Source of the DNA: Podospora anserina
Taxonomy: Eukaryota
Length of the DNA stretch: 64,000 nt
Direction of reading: 5' to 3'
Assembly (NCBI GenBank): GCA_017654855.1
Contig: CM030337.1
Location: 124,001-188,000 of the forward strand
This document shows, in pieces, positions 1 through 9,923 of the stretch. The stretch's first letter is position 1. Every line of letters begins with the position of its first letter. The translations under genes and the position numbers were made by a program. Below the pieces are notes generated by a model that saw nothing but the letters and a program-made list of their open reading frames with translations, was not told the DNA's origin and did not search any database.

Positions 1-660
1 GGACGGCAGCGGCAATGATGGTATCGCCCTGATCTTGCTGTTGGTCGGGATGCTGCCCCTGCCACGGGTCTTCTTCCTGTTGGATGTTTTGAAACTGCTG
101 GAGCTGCCGATGCTCTTGGGCGCTCTCTTGGACTTGAGCGGGTCCAGGCCCAGGAATGACGGGACTTGTGCTAGGGCTCTTGCGGCGGTTGCGCGCGCTT
201 CGAACTCGGCCCAAACCAGGAAGTAAGCGTGGCCTGATCCCTTCAGGTATTCATCTATTAGAAACTGCGTCGATTCAAAAGCGATTCAGAAGGAAAAAAA
301 CAAAAAAACAAAACGCCAAGGGGTCGTCTTACCTTCTCGGCTGAAGACCTCTCGGCAGTAAATCTCATCAGCCTCCTCAATGTCGGTGGGGATCCAGCGG
401 TTTGGGTCGGAAGGAACACGAGGCAGGCCACGCGAAGGGTTCTGGGCGTGGCCGAGATAGAGAAGTCGCTTAGCTTCATCATAATCCAGAATCTGGCGTT
501 CCCGGGACCAATAGTTGATTTGTCCCCAAACGGCCTGCGACGACGTGTTGTTGAAGTCGGCGAGAAGCGCGGCGCGCGAGAGCCTGTAGCGTTGGCACAG
601 AGTCTCCAGTGCCTGAATGGCCCTAGGGTTCATGGCCTCCTCGCCGCCCTGGGGTGCCAT
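1..660 (-). CDS. Hypothetical protein, 5' part; runs off the left window edge
   Basis: ORF 286..669 has ATG at 660 (MAPQGGEEAMNPRAIQALETL...) and a GTAAG donor near 332, followed by a T-rich intron-like stretch. No family recognised. Confidence 0.5.
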
Positions 661-1394
661 GACTAACAATGCTGCTGTACAGTGGCAGAATCGGCGTCAC
701 GCTTGGAGTCACGATGAAATGATGAACAATTACGAGGCAAGTTGAGTTTGCTACTATGCGTCTGCAGCGTTTCCCGCTGTTTTCCCGACACGCTAAGTTA
801 CTCGGTGCACCGTGCACGGCCCTGCCACACCAATCTTGGCAGCCCAGCTCTGTCCGGCCGTCGAAAACCTATCCATTGCCAATCTTGGCAGACTCGGCTG
901 CTTGCCAGAAGTGTCTCGCACTGGCAAACGCCAAGCCCCAGGTGGCTTTTGTTTGGCGACCGTTTGGAACAAACAAGACATCAGGTAGATAGGTAGGCAA
1001 GGCCCAGAGGTCATAATTAATAAGAGAAGTAAGGCTTTTTTATCTAGTCATGATCATCGCCCGGACCCTGCCGCCATAACAGCCACTGTTCGGGTGTTTA
1101 CGGCAGACCTTCCTTCTTCCATTCTTGAGGCCTTCAGCTGGATTCCTCCCATGGGCAACAAAAAGTGGGTCGTCGCACCACCATCGTGCCATCTGGTCTT
1201 GTGCCACACCACGCAGGCTGGAATCATCAGCACACTTTGGACTTGTCTGGTGCCAACATGGACTTATGCCTGGAACGAGTTGCTGTTCTCAGTCCATCTT
1301 GGCGATGTAGCTGACAATATTTCGTGGGAGTGGGAGCCAAACAGAAAATAGATTAAGAGCCTCTGTCTCCCGCTCTCAATTCAGTATTTGGGTC

Positions 1395-1430
1395 TCACAG
1401 CATCACAGCATCACAGCATCACAGCATCAC
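1395..1430. repeat. Tandem repeat (TCACAGCA)x4.5
   Basis: Read directly; about 50 bp upstream of the ATG at 1482. Confidence 0.9.
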
Positions 1431-1481
1431 CAAAGCTCAAAGACAATCAGAGACAAGTTACCTACATCAAGCAACTAAAAC

Positions 1482-1847
1482 ATGCCCGCCTTTCGTCCAA
1501 CTCCCCGCCTGTCGGCCGCTGCCCTTCCCAATCCTTCTTCCCTCCCCAGAGCAGTTCCCAAGGGAGTAGCAGCCAATGTTGTTGTTCCAGGCATCGTGGT
1601 GGCGGCATCAGGTAGCTCCCATCTCGCATCATTTCCCTTCCGAACGCTCGCTGACCCGGTTGGTTTTATAGTATACGGCGTAATCAGCTACATCAAAAAC
1701 CAACTGCAACATGAGTCATCCACCATCGACAAGATGTTTGCCCAAAAGAACACCCCCGCTGTGGAAGAATCGAGACGGAGAAGTCTCTTGGTGGATACGG
1801 AAGGCGACCCGAGGAGAACGCCCTACAACATTCTGAACTGGAAATAG
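1482..1847 (+). CDS. Small (~101 aa) single-TM hypothetical protein, possibly mitochondrial
   Basis: ATG 1482; probable 60-nt intron 1612-1671 (GTAGCT..GCTGAC..TATAG) whose removal gives the hydrophobic run VVVPGIVVAASVYGVISYI; N-terminus is Arg/Ala/Pro-rich with no acidic residues. Confidence 0.65.
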   Translation: MPAFRPTPRLSAAALPNPSSLPRAVPKGVAANVVVPGIVVAASGSSHLASFPFRTLADPVGFIVYGVISYIKNQLQHESSTIDKMFAQKNTPAVEESRRRSLLVDTEGDPRRTPYNILNWK

Positions 1848-2728
1848 AGGATGCGAGATTGTTTTGCTTTTAGTGACTGGAAGTGGCGCTGGTTGAATTT
1901 AGTCGGCATAGGTAGCCTGTGGCATTTTGGGTTTTGTGCAAAGGGAAGGTGGCTCAAATAATATGAAGTTTCTACCTATGACTAGGTACTGTACAACACC
2001 AACACATGCATATCCGTACACTCCCTTTCAGTGACTCTAATCTCTGCCGCACCAGGCCCAGCCAAGATACCTCGCCCCGTCTCTCCAGATTCCTGCCAAT
2101 CTCACCAAACCTCAATGCCACCCAGATCGCCCAGATTTCTGGTTCTCGGCCGATACTCCAAGCGCAGGCTCGGATCAACCCCAAGACCAAAGCCCAGTGT
2201 TCTTGGCTTTGGGGCTGCAGCTCCCTCGGGTAGTCGCCAGTCATATCTCAGCAACAAGTGAACAAGCGCAATCTTGACTTCATTCCCCGCGAAAAAGCGC
2301 CCAGGACAGGCATGCTGCCCGTGTCCAAAGCCCATGTGCTCAGGGCTGGTGCTAACCAACTGCGCAACATGCTCGCTGCCTGGAACAGATCGCATCTTCA
2401 GAAACCGGTTGCCATCCCACGAGTCAGCTCCAGGATAAGCAGCTGGATCCCACATGCGCTCTGCTGACACGGCAATCGTGGCACCCTTGGGAATGTAGGT
2501 GCTGTCTGACAAGGTGAGGGGCGCTGTAGCCACACGACGCATCGAGACAAGGCCGATTGGCTTGATCCGCTGGCTCTCTTTGATCACGCTGTCCAAAAGC
2601 TTCATGTTGTAAAGCGAGTTCTTGTTCCAGCCACCCTCCCGAAGAGCCGACTCGATCTCTTCGCGCAGAGGGTCAATCATGTCAGGATGCTGGACCAAAT
2701 CGGCCAAAACCTGCACTGTCAGATCGGT

Positions 2729-3028
2729 CAAAAAAGATTAGTAAAAAGACAATGAATAGTAAAAGATTTCAAGTAAATAGTTATTTTATTATCAAGGCTG
2801 CGCTATCCTTTGGATAGTGAAACAGCTAAAGCTCTTTATTATACTTTATTTTTATATTAAATTATAGTTCCATGAGTAATAATCTTTTTGTAATCTTTAT
2901 AGAAAAAAAAAGATTAAAGTGGTATATCCCGACAGGGATATAGAATAGTCTTTATGATTATTTGGCAATGTTAGTGAAAACGATCAAAGAAGTTTAAACT
3001 TCAAGATCGTCGGTTATATAAATGATCG
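2729..3028 (+). other. NUMT-like insertion: fragment resembling a mitochondrial group I intron (IC2-like)
   Basis: 300-bp very AT-rich block with sharp edges, no TSD and no GT-AG ends. It has hairpins (CTATCC-TTT-GGATAG; TATATCCC-GACA-GGGATATA) and the motifs GGCAATGTTAGTGAAAACGAT and TCAAGATCGTCGGTTATATAAATGATCGCG, which I recall from fungal mitochondrial group I intron cores. Confidence 0.75.
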
Positions 3029-3528
3029 CGTGGTATGGATGGCTGCCATGCTCATAACAAGCTGCGCAATGACAGGATCATACGGTTTGCCTTGTGCCTC
3101 GCGCTCGAACCTATTGTTGTACACACCAGTTAGCTCTAATAAGCAAAAGATTTCTCACAGAGCAAAGACAATCGCAGAACGTACCATTCAATAGCATCGT
3201 CGTCAAAATTGCCGTTGCCGGCCATTTTTTGTACTCTTCTCTTTTCCAGAACAGGCCCAATGATCCGTCTTGCCTCCTGGACATGCACTCTTGCTTTTTG
3301 GCAAGACGGCATAAACCAGTGCGCCAGAAACCGCACAGGCTTGGGGACGAAACGTAACTCAATAGCCGCGCGCATAGCATCAGCTGTGTAGTCGCGTGTG
3401 ACCTTGAGCCAGTCTTCATTTCGGCAGAGCTCGCTGCCTAGAAACACGCGAGAGGAGATGCGTGCAATGAGGTGTAGGATTGTATCGCGAATCTCGACGG
3501 GCTGCCATGTTGCACTCGCCATCGTATG

Positions 3529-3887
3529 TGTCACACGGCAAATGCCAACCACCAACCACCAACAACCATGAACAACAACAGCGCCCAATATCACCTCAAG
3601 GAGGGGTAACTGCAAGTTGTGAGCCTCTCGTTCAAAGTGAGGCAGACAATCAGAGGCATGGCGGTTATCAAAGGAAGTTCAATGGCCCAGTAGGATATTG
3701 GAGGACTTGGCGGAGGCCTGAGGCCAACAAAGGCACGGGCCACGCGAGGGAGGATAAGATACGCGTTCAGGATCACCAAGACTGTATTTCTTCTTCTTTT
3801 CAGTATCACAGACTTCGAGGCCATTGAAGATTATTAGCCTGAATTGAACCATGAGTTCCAAGCCCTGATACCACAGCCCTTGTCACA
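3529..3887. mobile_element. Solo LTR of an LTR retrotransposon (359 bp)
   Basis: Begins TGTCACA and ends TGTCACA (TG...CA). Flanked by the perfect 5-bp duplication GTATG (3524-3528 and 3888-3892). Removal restores P450 frame LLPHT-MASATWQ. Confidence 0.92.
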
Positions 3888-5651
3888 GTATGGGGTAGTA
3901 GCTCATCAAGCGTGAGTCTCGTTTCTTCTGCCAGAGGCTCGGTCACCTTGTCTGAAGGTAACCACAAGTCAGTCCTTGCCACCCCAATACCAAACAAAAA
4001 ATCCGATACACTTACTCAGGTGCTTTGTCAGATCGCGCACTATGACTGCCTGCACAATCCTCGAATCCCTGGCACCCTCTCTGAAGCCTTCAAACCCCGG
4101 AAGGCTCGCGTGGAACGAGTTGTAAATAAACTCTCCAAAGCTCAGCCGGGGGTCGTTTTTGATTTCATTGGCCAGTCGGGCGGGCAAGATGATGACATCG
4201 CCCACATCTGCCGTGACCCGGACTGCCTTGTCGGGGTTGGTGTGGAACCACTGACGAATGATGGTGTAGGATGTGGTGAAGAACTCCTTGCGGATGCGAG
4301 TTTTGGTCAGCTCCGTCACAGGCTTGGGGTTGAGGTGAGGAAATCGGGATAGATGGCGATTTCGAAGTGTGTCTCGAAGGAGGAAAGCACCAGTGAAGAG
4401 GACAAACAAGTAAAGGTAGTAATGAGCGTCGAGAAAGTCAGTTGGTGAAACCATCATGGCCATAATTCAAGCTGCCAGAACAGCAGCCGATGGTGTTTTG
4501 GCAGATGGAAAGGATAAAGACCTAGAACTCGGGAAAAAGCAGTCGAGCTCTGTATGAAATATATATAGTCCTGTTGAGAAAAAGCACAAACACTTATGGT
4601 TCTGGTGGAGACATGCCAAGTCTTTGCACAACTCACATCGTGATCCGGGCACCCGAATGGAACAAGGCAGCCTCCTATTGCATGCGAACAATCATTGCTA
4701 CATTGATCTGTTCGCCTGCATCCCTTCCTCGACAAATCTCAACGTCCACGTTTCCTTGATCCTGGTATCGTCGTAATCTGTGGGTTACTCCGGGATTACC
4801 CGTCCAAAAGAACGGCAATCATTGGCCTAAGAGGGTTACTGGATCGCCAAAGTCGCATCTGCCGCACAAGCCAGGATTCTACCTCCACCACGGGATGAAC
4901 ATCTGCCGTAAACAGCGGGAGCTTGGATAACCCGTGCACAACTTGCACAACTTGCTCTGCATAAATCGAGGTGGCGACATGCTAAAAGCATGGAGTTCTC
5001 TCGGCTACGGATTTTTTTCAGAATCTAGATTCGTAATGAAGCCACAAAATGACCGTAAAGTGCACTTCATGGTCATTGAATCTCTTTCTGAGAACATTGC
5101 ATGCCAGCATCACTGTCACGGTTGAAGCAATGATGAGTGTCCTTAGTACCGTGGTATAGGTGATGAATCACAAAGTACCTAGATAAATACATATGGAACA
5201 AGTACACGCGTCAACTGTGTAAATAGGCAGTTCCTCTTCATTGTAGGGTATTGGTATAGAGACTAGATAGACAGGTAGATAGGCAGGTAGGTAGGTATTC
5301 CCAAGAGCAGCAATGCAATAGTAAAGTGTATATGCCCAGTCCTGTATCCTGCTCTGCCCAGTGAGCCCGTCGCCGGGCAAAGAAAGTCATGAGAGAGAAT
5401 CTAACAAAAAGGATGTATAAAAAACTAAACAGAAAAAAATAAAGACGCTTCATGTCACTATTGCTTGGTCTTTGAGAGCTATCAAGGACATTTGCAGGGA
5501 AACAAGAAAACGCCAAAGAAGAAAAGTCAATTTTGTTTCGCCAGATGCCCTCGTCCATCCTCAATATTGCCCCGGCCGCTAACAATTCTTTGCAGCGAAA
5601 CTCCACCACGGTATTGCCATCCGTCGCCCAACCGCTACTCTTGCTGACGAA

Positions 5652-7340
5652 TTACATTGCTCTCCTGAATCTCATCGCCTTTCTCTGTGGTCTTGTGTAC
5701 ACCGTGGGCGTGGTGTGTGCTGGCTCATGCTCCATGACTGGGGTCATGGTGTGTGCCGGTGCCGCTGCCGAGGTAGCTGCTGGTGGCGGGTGGACAACAA
5801 CAGGTGGGTGCACCACCGGGATCGGTGAGTGCACCGGAGGCATGATGACCACGGGGATTACACCGGGGTGCGCGGGTCCCGGTGCTGGCATGGGATGAGC
5901 CTCCTGGGCCGGAGGAGGGTGAGGAGCCGGTGAGGCGATGGGCGCCACGGTTTCCTGACCTGCGCACTCCGAAGGCGTCACTGTCACGTGGACGGTCTGG
6001 GTGGTGGTGACTGGATGAGCCGCCACGGGTTGGTTCACCGTGACATGAACCGTCCTGGTGGTGGTGACGGGATGAGCCGCCACAGGTTGAACGACGGTGA
6101 CATGCTGAACTTGAGTACTGGTGACGGTGTGCATGACGGTCTGGTGGTGGACAGACGTCTGAGTAACCACTCTATCCCTGACTTCTGTTCTGACTTGGGT
6201 CTCGACCCGGGTGACAGGGACCGTGACATGAACTGGCACAGTCTGGGTGACATGAACCGGAACGGTCTGGGTGACATGAACTGGGACAGTCTGGGTGACA
6301 ACATGGCTCTGGACAGCGGTGCTGGTCACGACTCTCTCGCTGACCTGCACTGAAGTGACCAGTCTCTCGCTGACCTGGGTGACAGGCACGCTGACAACCT
6401 TCTCCTTGACCTCTGTCCGGGTTACCAGCTGGGTGACAGGCACACTGACGGTGTGGGTGGCCACCTGGGTGACAACAGATGTGACCAGCCTCTGGCTCAC
6501 CTGCACTGTCGTCACCAGCCTCTCGCTGACCTTGGTGTGCGTAACTGGCACGCTAACAACCTGGGTAACGGCCCGAGTCTCGGTCCTTGTTACCGGAATA
6601 GTCACGCTCACTGTGTGGGTGCTTGTCACCGCTCTCGTCTCGGTTCTGGTGACCGGCACACTGACAACATGGGTGACGGGAACGCTGACAAGCTTCTCCT
6701 TGGTGACAGGAACACTGACAACCGAGGTATGGGTGACCAGCCTCTCGCTGATATGAACGCTGGTGACGGTAACAAGCCTCTCGCTGACCGCCGTCTTGGT
6801 AACCAACCTCTCGCTGACCTCGGTGCGTGTGACCGGAACCGTGACTGGCCTATCCTGCGTCGCTGTGACAAGCTTCTCCTTCGTTTCGGTGCGGGTGTGA
6901 ACCAGAGTGCTCGTGGCGGTGTGGGTGACGGCAACTGTCTGGGTGACATGGACGGGGACGGTCTGAGTTACGTGGACTGGAACCGACTGGGTGACATGAA
7001 CGGTCGAGGTCTCTCTTATGGTGGTGGGAACAGTGACGTGCGATACGAGTGTCGAGGTGTAAGTCGTCGTGTGGGTGACGGGTACCGTGACGTGAACTGT
7101 TGTCGGGACTGTGACATGTACTGGCACCGATACATGTACTGTCGTCGGGACGGTGACGTGGGTTACAGAGACGACGGTGCTTGTGTGAACGACTGGTACC
7201 GTGACATGAACAGTCTCTTTTACTGTTTGTGTGTGAACGACGGTCTCGGTGACCACTTCGGGGACTGCTGCGGGAGCCCCGGCGGCAGCGAGGGAGACCA
7301 GAAGGGCCAGAGCCACTGGCAGAGGGTTGAAGAAGCCCAT
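5652..7340 (-). CDS. Secreted Val/Thr/His-rich repetitive protein (~562 aa)
   Basis: ATG 7340, signal peptide MGFFNPLPVALALLVSLAAA, about 450 aa of repeats (VPVHVTQT, VSERLVT, VVSVPVT), Pro/His-rich segment, basic C-terminus; intronless ORF. Confidence 0.85.
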   Translation of the reverse strand: MGFFNPLPVALALLVSLAAAGAPAAVPEVVTETVVHTQTVKETVHVTVPVVHTSTVVSVTHVTVPTTVHVSVPVHVTVPTTVHVTVPVTHTTTYTSTLVSHVTVPTTIRETSTVHVTQSVPVHVTQTVPVHVTQTVAVTHTATSTLVHTRTETKEKLVTATQDRPVTVPVTRTEVSERLVTKTAVSERLVTVTSVHISERLVTHTSVVSVPVTKEKLVSVPVTHVVSVPVTRTETRAVTSTHTVSVTIPVTRTETRAVTQVVSVPVTHTKVSERLVTTVQVSQRLVTSVVTQVATHTVSVPVTQLVTRTEVKEKVVSVPVTQVSERLVTSVQVSERVVTSTAVQSHVVTQTVPVHVTQTVPVHVTQTVPVHVTVPVTRVETQVRTEVRDRVVTQTSVHHQTVMHTVTSTQVQHVTVVQPVAAHPVTTTRTVHVTVNQPVAAHPVTTTQTVHVTVTPSECAGQETVAPIASPAPHPPPAQEAHPMPAPGPAHPGVIPVVIMPPVHSPIPVVHPPVVVHPPPAATSAAAPAHTMTPVMEHEPAHTTPTVYTRPQRKAMRFRRAM

Positions 7341-9923
7341 CTTTGTCCTCCTTCCAATATCTGATGTCAAAAAAAACTTAAAAATATACACAAATGGTTG
7401 GTGTTATGCTCCCGATGATCCGGATCGTGATGATGCGATGAAAATGATGACGGTCGTTAGAAATAAAGTGAACGGCTTGCGCTCCGACAAAATGAAGCAG
7501 TTGAGTCTGTAAAAGAATATCAAGTAATAGTAAAATGGTCGATGAGTATCCTGCTCCGTTGGTGAATCGAAAAATAGTAAAAAGAATGACAACAACACCG
7601 CTTCACCACATGCAACAACGCTTGCACTGTGGATGAGGGGGACGGGCTTGGCGATGGTTGAAGAGGAAAGGAATAAAGAGAGGGAAAGGTCGAGGTCAAG
7701 GAGAGGAGGGTGGGAAGAGGGAAGAGGAGGGTGGGAAGAGGGAAGAGGACGGACGGGAAGGAAAGGAAACACCTGGTCGATCCGTGCAGCAGTGAGCCAG
7801 GAAATCCAAGTAGTTTTAATCCGGTGTGGTGATGTTTCCTCGCCCCGACTTGGCATCAGACCCCCGGTGCCCGGGGGCTTGGGAGGCAGCGATGCCACGA
7901 CCAAGCCAGGAAGAAGCCAGGAGGTGTCTGCAAGGGGGTGTGAAGCACCCAGCATCGAGATATGACCCCTGAGGCTTCTCAGAGATCCATGCCAAGATGT
8001 TGTAGTTTGTACACTAAGGTAGACTAGTCCAAGACAAACTTTTGCTTTTGTAGTCCAGAGTCAGCTGTTGATAACTGCTGGCTTGTGTTTACAATGAAAA
8101 GGAAGGGGGCTGCTTCTTGAGTCCTGATGGCGACGGGAGACCAGCATTGATCATGATATTGGGGATCGAGAGATGTAAAACTCGAACCATAGTTTGCCGG
8201 AGCGACATCATCGAGGCCTCTGTGTCGGGCCCATGCTTGCATTCCCGTCTTTGGTGGGTGCGGGACATGCCGTGATGTCAACGGTTGTCAAGAATTCGGA
8301 TTTTTTAGAGGGAGGTTCAAAGAAGAGCGGCCGCGGTCCCTCGCTTGGCCAAGCGGGGGGGGGCTGTTGACTCCCCCGCACTAAACCCCTTTTTGCCTTG
8401 TCTGTGCCCACAAGAGGTCTGACGTCGCAGCGGACGCAGGGGACGCGACATTGGAGGAGCCTGGAACCTCGACACTCCGGCTTCTTGTTTCAAGAATTTG
8501 TTTCCTTCTCTTTTACGACTCCGCTGCCCATTGCAGCCAAGTACTCGCTTTGCGCAATTTTGTTGCAAAAAAGGCTTGGACGGCTTGGGACGACAAGACG
8601 GACCTGGAACTGGGAGAGCAGCTTCTTTTCTCTTCCGGGCTCAGCCCTCACTGTCCCCGGTGTTGTTGTGGTGATCACGCACCCGTGGGGATCTTTCTGC
8701 GATCCTCAGATCATGAACAGACCTTGATAAGATGACGGTGGTAGTATTCGTTTATGTGCATCTTGCTTTTTGGCCTGTCAGCTAGGTACGCACCACTTGC
8801 AAAATATCTATGAGGTACCCTTCCCAAAGTTCCGCTCTCTCCAGTCCGCTCCATGTCCTGTCTCCAAATGAGAGGTCACAAACCCCTGGGACGAAGCACG
8901 CATTCATACACACACCCGATCGATGAGGTAATCTGTCATCCCAAAGTCCTATCGTGTACACAGATGCGATGAGAGTCTTTTTGAGGTCAGTGTGTAAGAG
9001 CCGGGGTTGACTGTTCTGATGGAGCTGTTTGAGACTCGGAGCTGTTGTGAACCGGGAGGCTGACCCCACCTTGAACCTCAACTTGCGTGCCGGACCCGAA
9101 GCGAACTCAACTCGACTAGCTAAGTACCAAGCTTGTTAGGTACCTACCTACGAATACACATCTTAACAGAGTGAAGTTATGTGATACTATTCCGTGCAAG
9201 TACCTACCTAGGTGCCTTTGATGCTTAGGTCGACGAACTCACTGTGAGCTCCAGCATGTGAATATTCAACACAACACCGTGGCTTCGTATCTTCAGAAAG
9301 CCAAGTCGAAGACACCCTGTTGGGGAGGCTCGCATGAACAGGGGTGCCAGTCTTGGCAGGAGTGGGACGCTGCATGCCGAGTCCTTCCAGAGCCCCTGAG
9401 AATCCAGCGTCAGTGCGAGTTTGGTTGTCTCAGCTCCCTGTCCCCCAAGAGCAAGCATAAAACACCCATGACTTAGCATGAAACAGTCGTCTGTTTTTCT
9501 GGGCAGGTGCAAGGCAGGGCAACGTTCAGCTTTAAACGTACTTATGCAGCTGCACGCTCCTACCATCTTCACGGTTTCTTGCTTCGTCATCTGTACTTCA
9601 GATGGTTGTCACGTACATACTATCCGTTCCAATTACATCAGTCCGTGGCTGCTTTAATGGGGACTTCCTGGCACAATCTCAAAGTGCCACCAGGTTATCC
9701 TCAAGAATCGAAGGTCTCTGGCTAGGCATCTTAGGCGCAATCATCATTACAGGAATCAGATTGGCCTCTGGTGTATATGCATGTCCAAGTCTCTTTTAAA
9801 GTTCATGTAGAGTTGGCATCAAAGAGCAATCAACGTAACAAACATTGAGAAAAGTCTATTTCTCTAATGGCCAAATACAGATTCAGTAGTTCCTCCAAGC
9901 CTCTTAACCCAGCATATCTGTCC

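Larger units (their letters stand above)
2102..4463 (-). pseudogene. Cytochrome P450 (ent-kaurene oxidase/CYP68-like, secondary-metabolism type) disrupted by two insertions
   Basis: N-terminal TM, I-helix AAIHTT/TDL, K-helix KESQR and heme motif FGHGQHACPG. Introns 3952-4015 and 3111-3184. Interrupted by a solo LTR (3529-3887) and an AT-rich insert (2729-3028). Excising introns, both inserts and one TSD copy gives 1560 nt (519 aa plus stop). Confidence 0.9.

Noticed and set aside
2729-3028. AT-rich insert read as a spliceosomal intron or RIP-degraded transposon
   Set aside because: No GT/GC...AG ends on the P450 strand, no TSD or terminal repeats, and it keeps CpA/TpG plus structured group I-like motifs. 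Not fully excluded without a database search.
3508-3887. Alternative LTR left boundary at TGTTGCA (3508)
   Set aside because: Gives no TSD and leaves the P450 out of frame; the 3529 boundary gives a perfect TSD and restores the frame.
5264-5297. TAGG/TAGA-rich tract and other short repeats (12368-12400, 37354-37381, 7703-7748)
   Set aside because: Ordinary microsatellite-like sequence; no repeat-spacer organisation, not CRISPR-like.
5988-7364. Long plus-strand ORFs (e.g. 6453..7364, 303 aa) over the Val/Thr repeat gene
   Set aside because: Antisense shadows of repetitive GTC/ACC/CAC codon use; no signal peptide or domain.
8782-9799. Several 60-120 aa ORFs between the repeat protein and the HET gene
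   Set aside because: No motifs or consistent strand; treated as intergenic.
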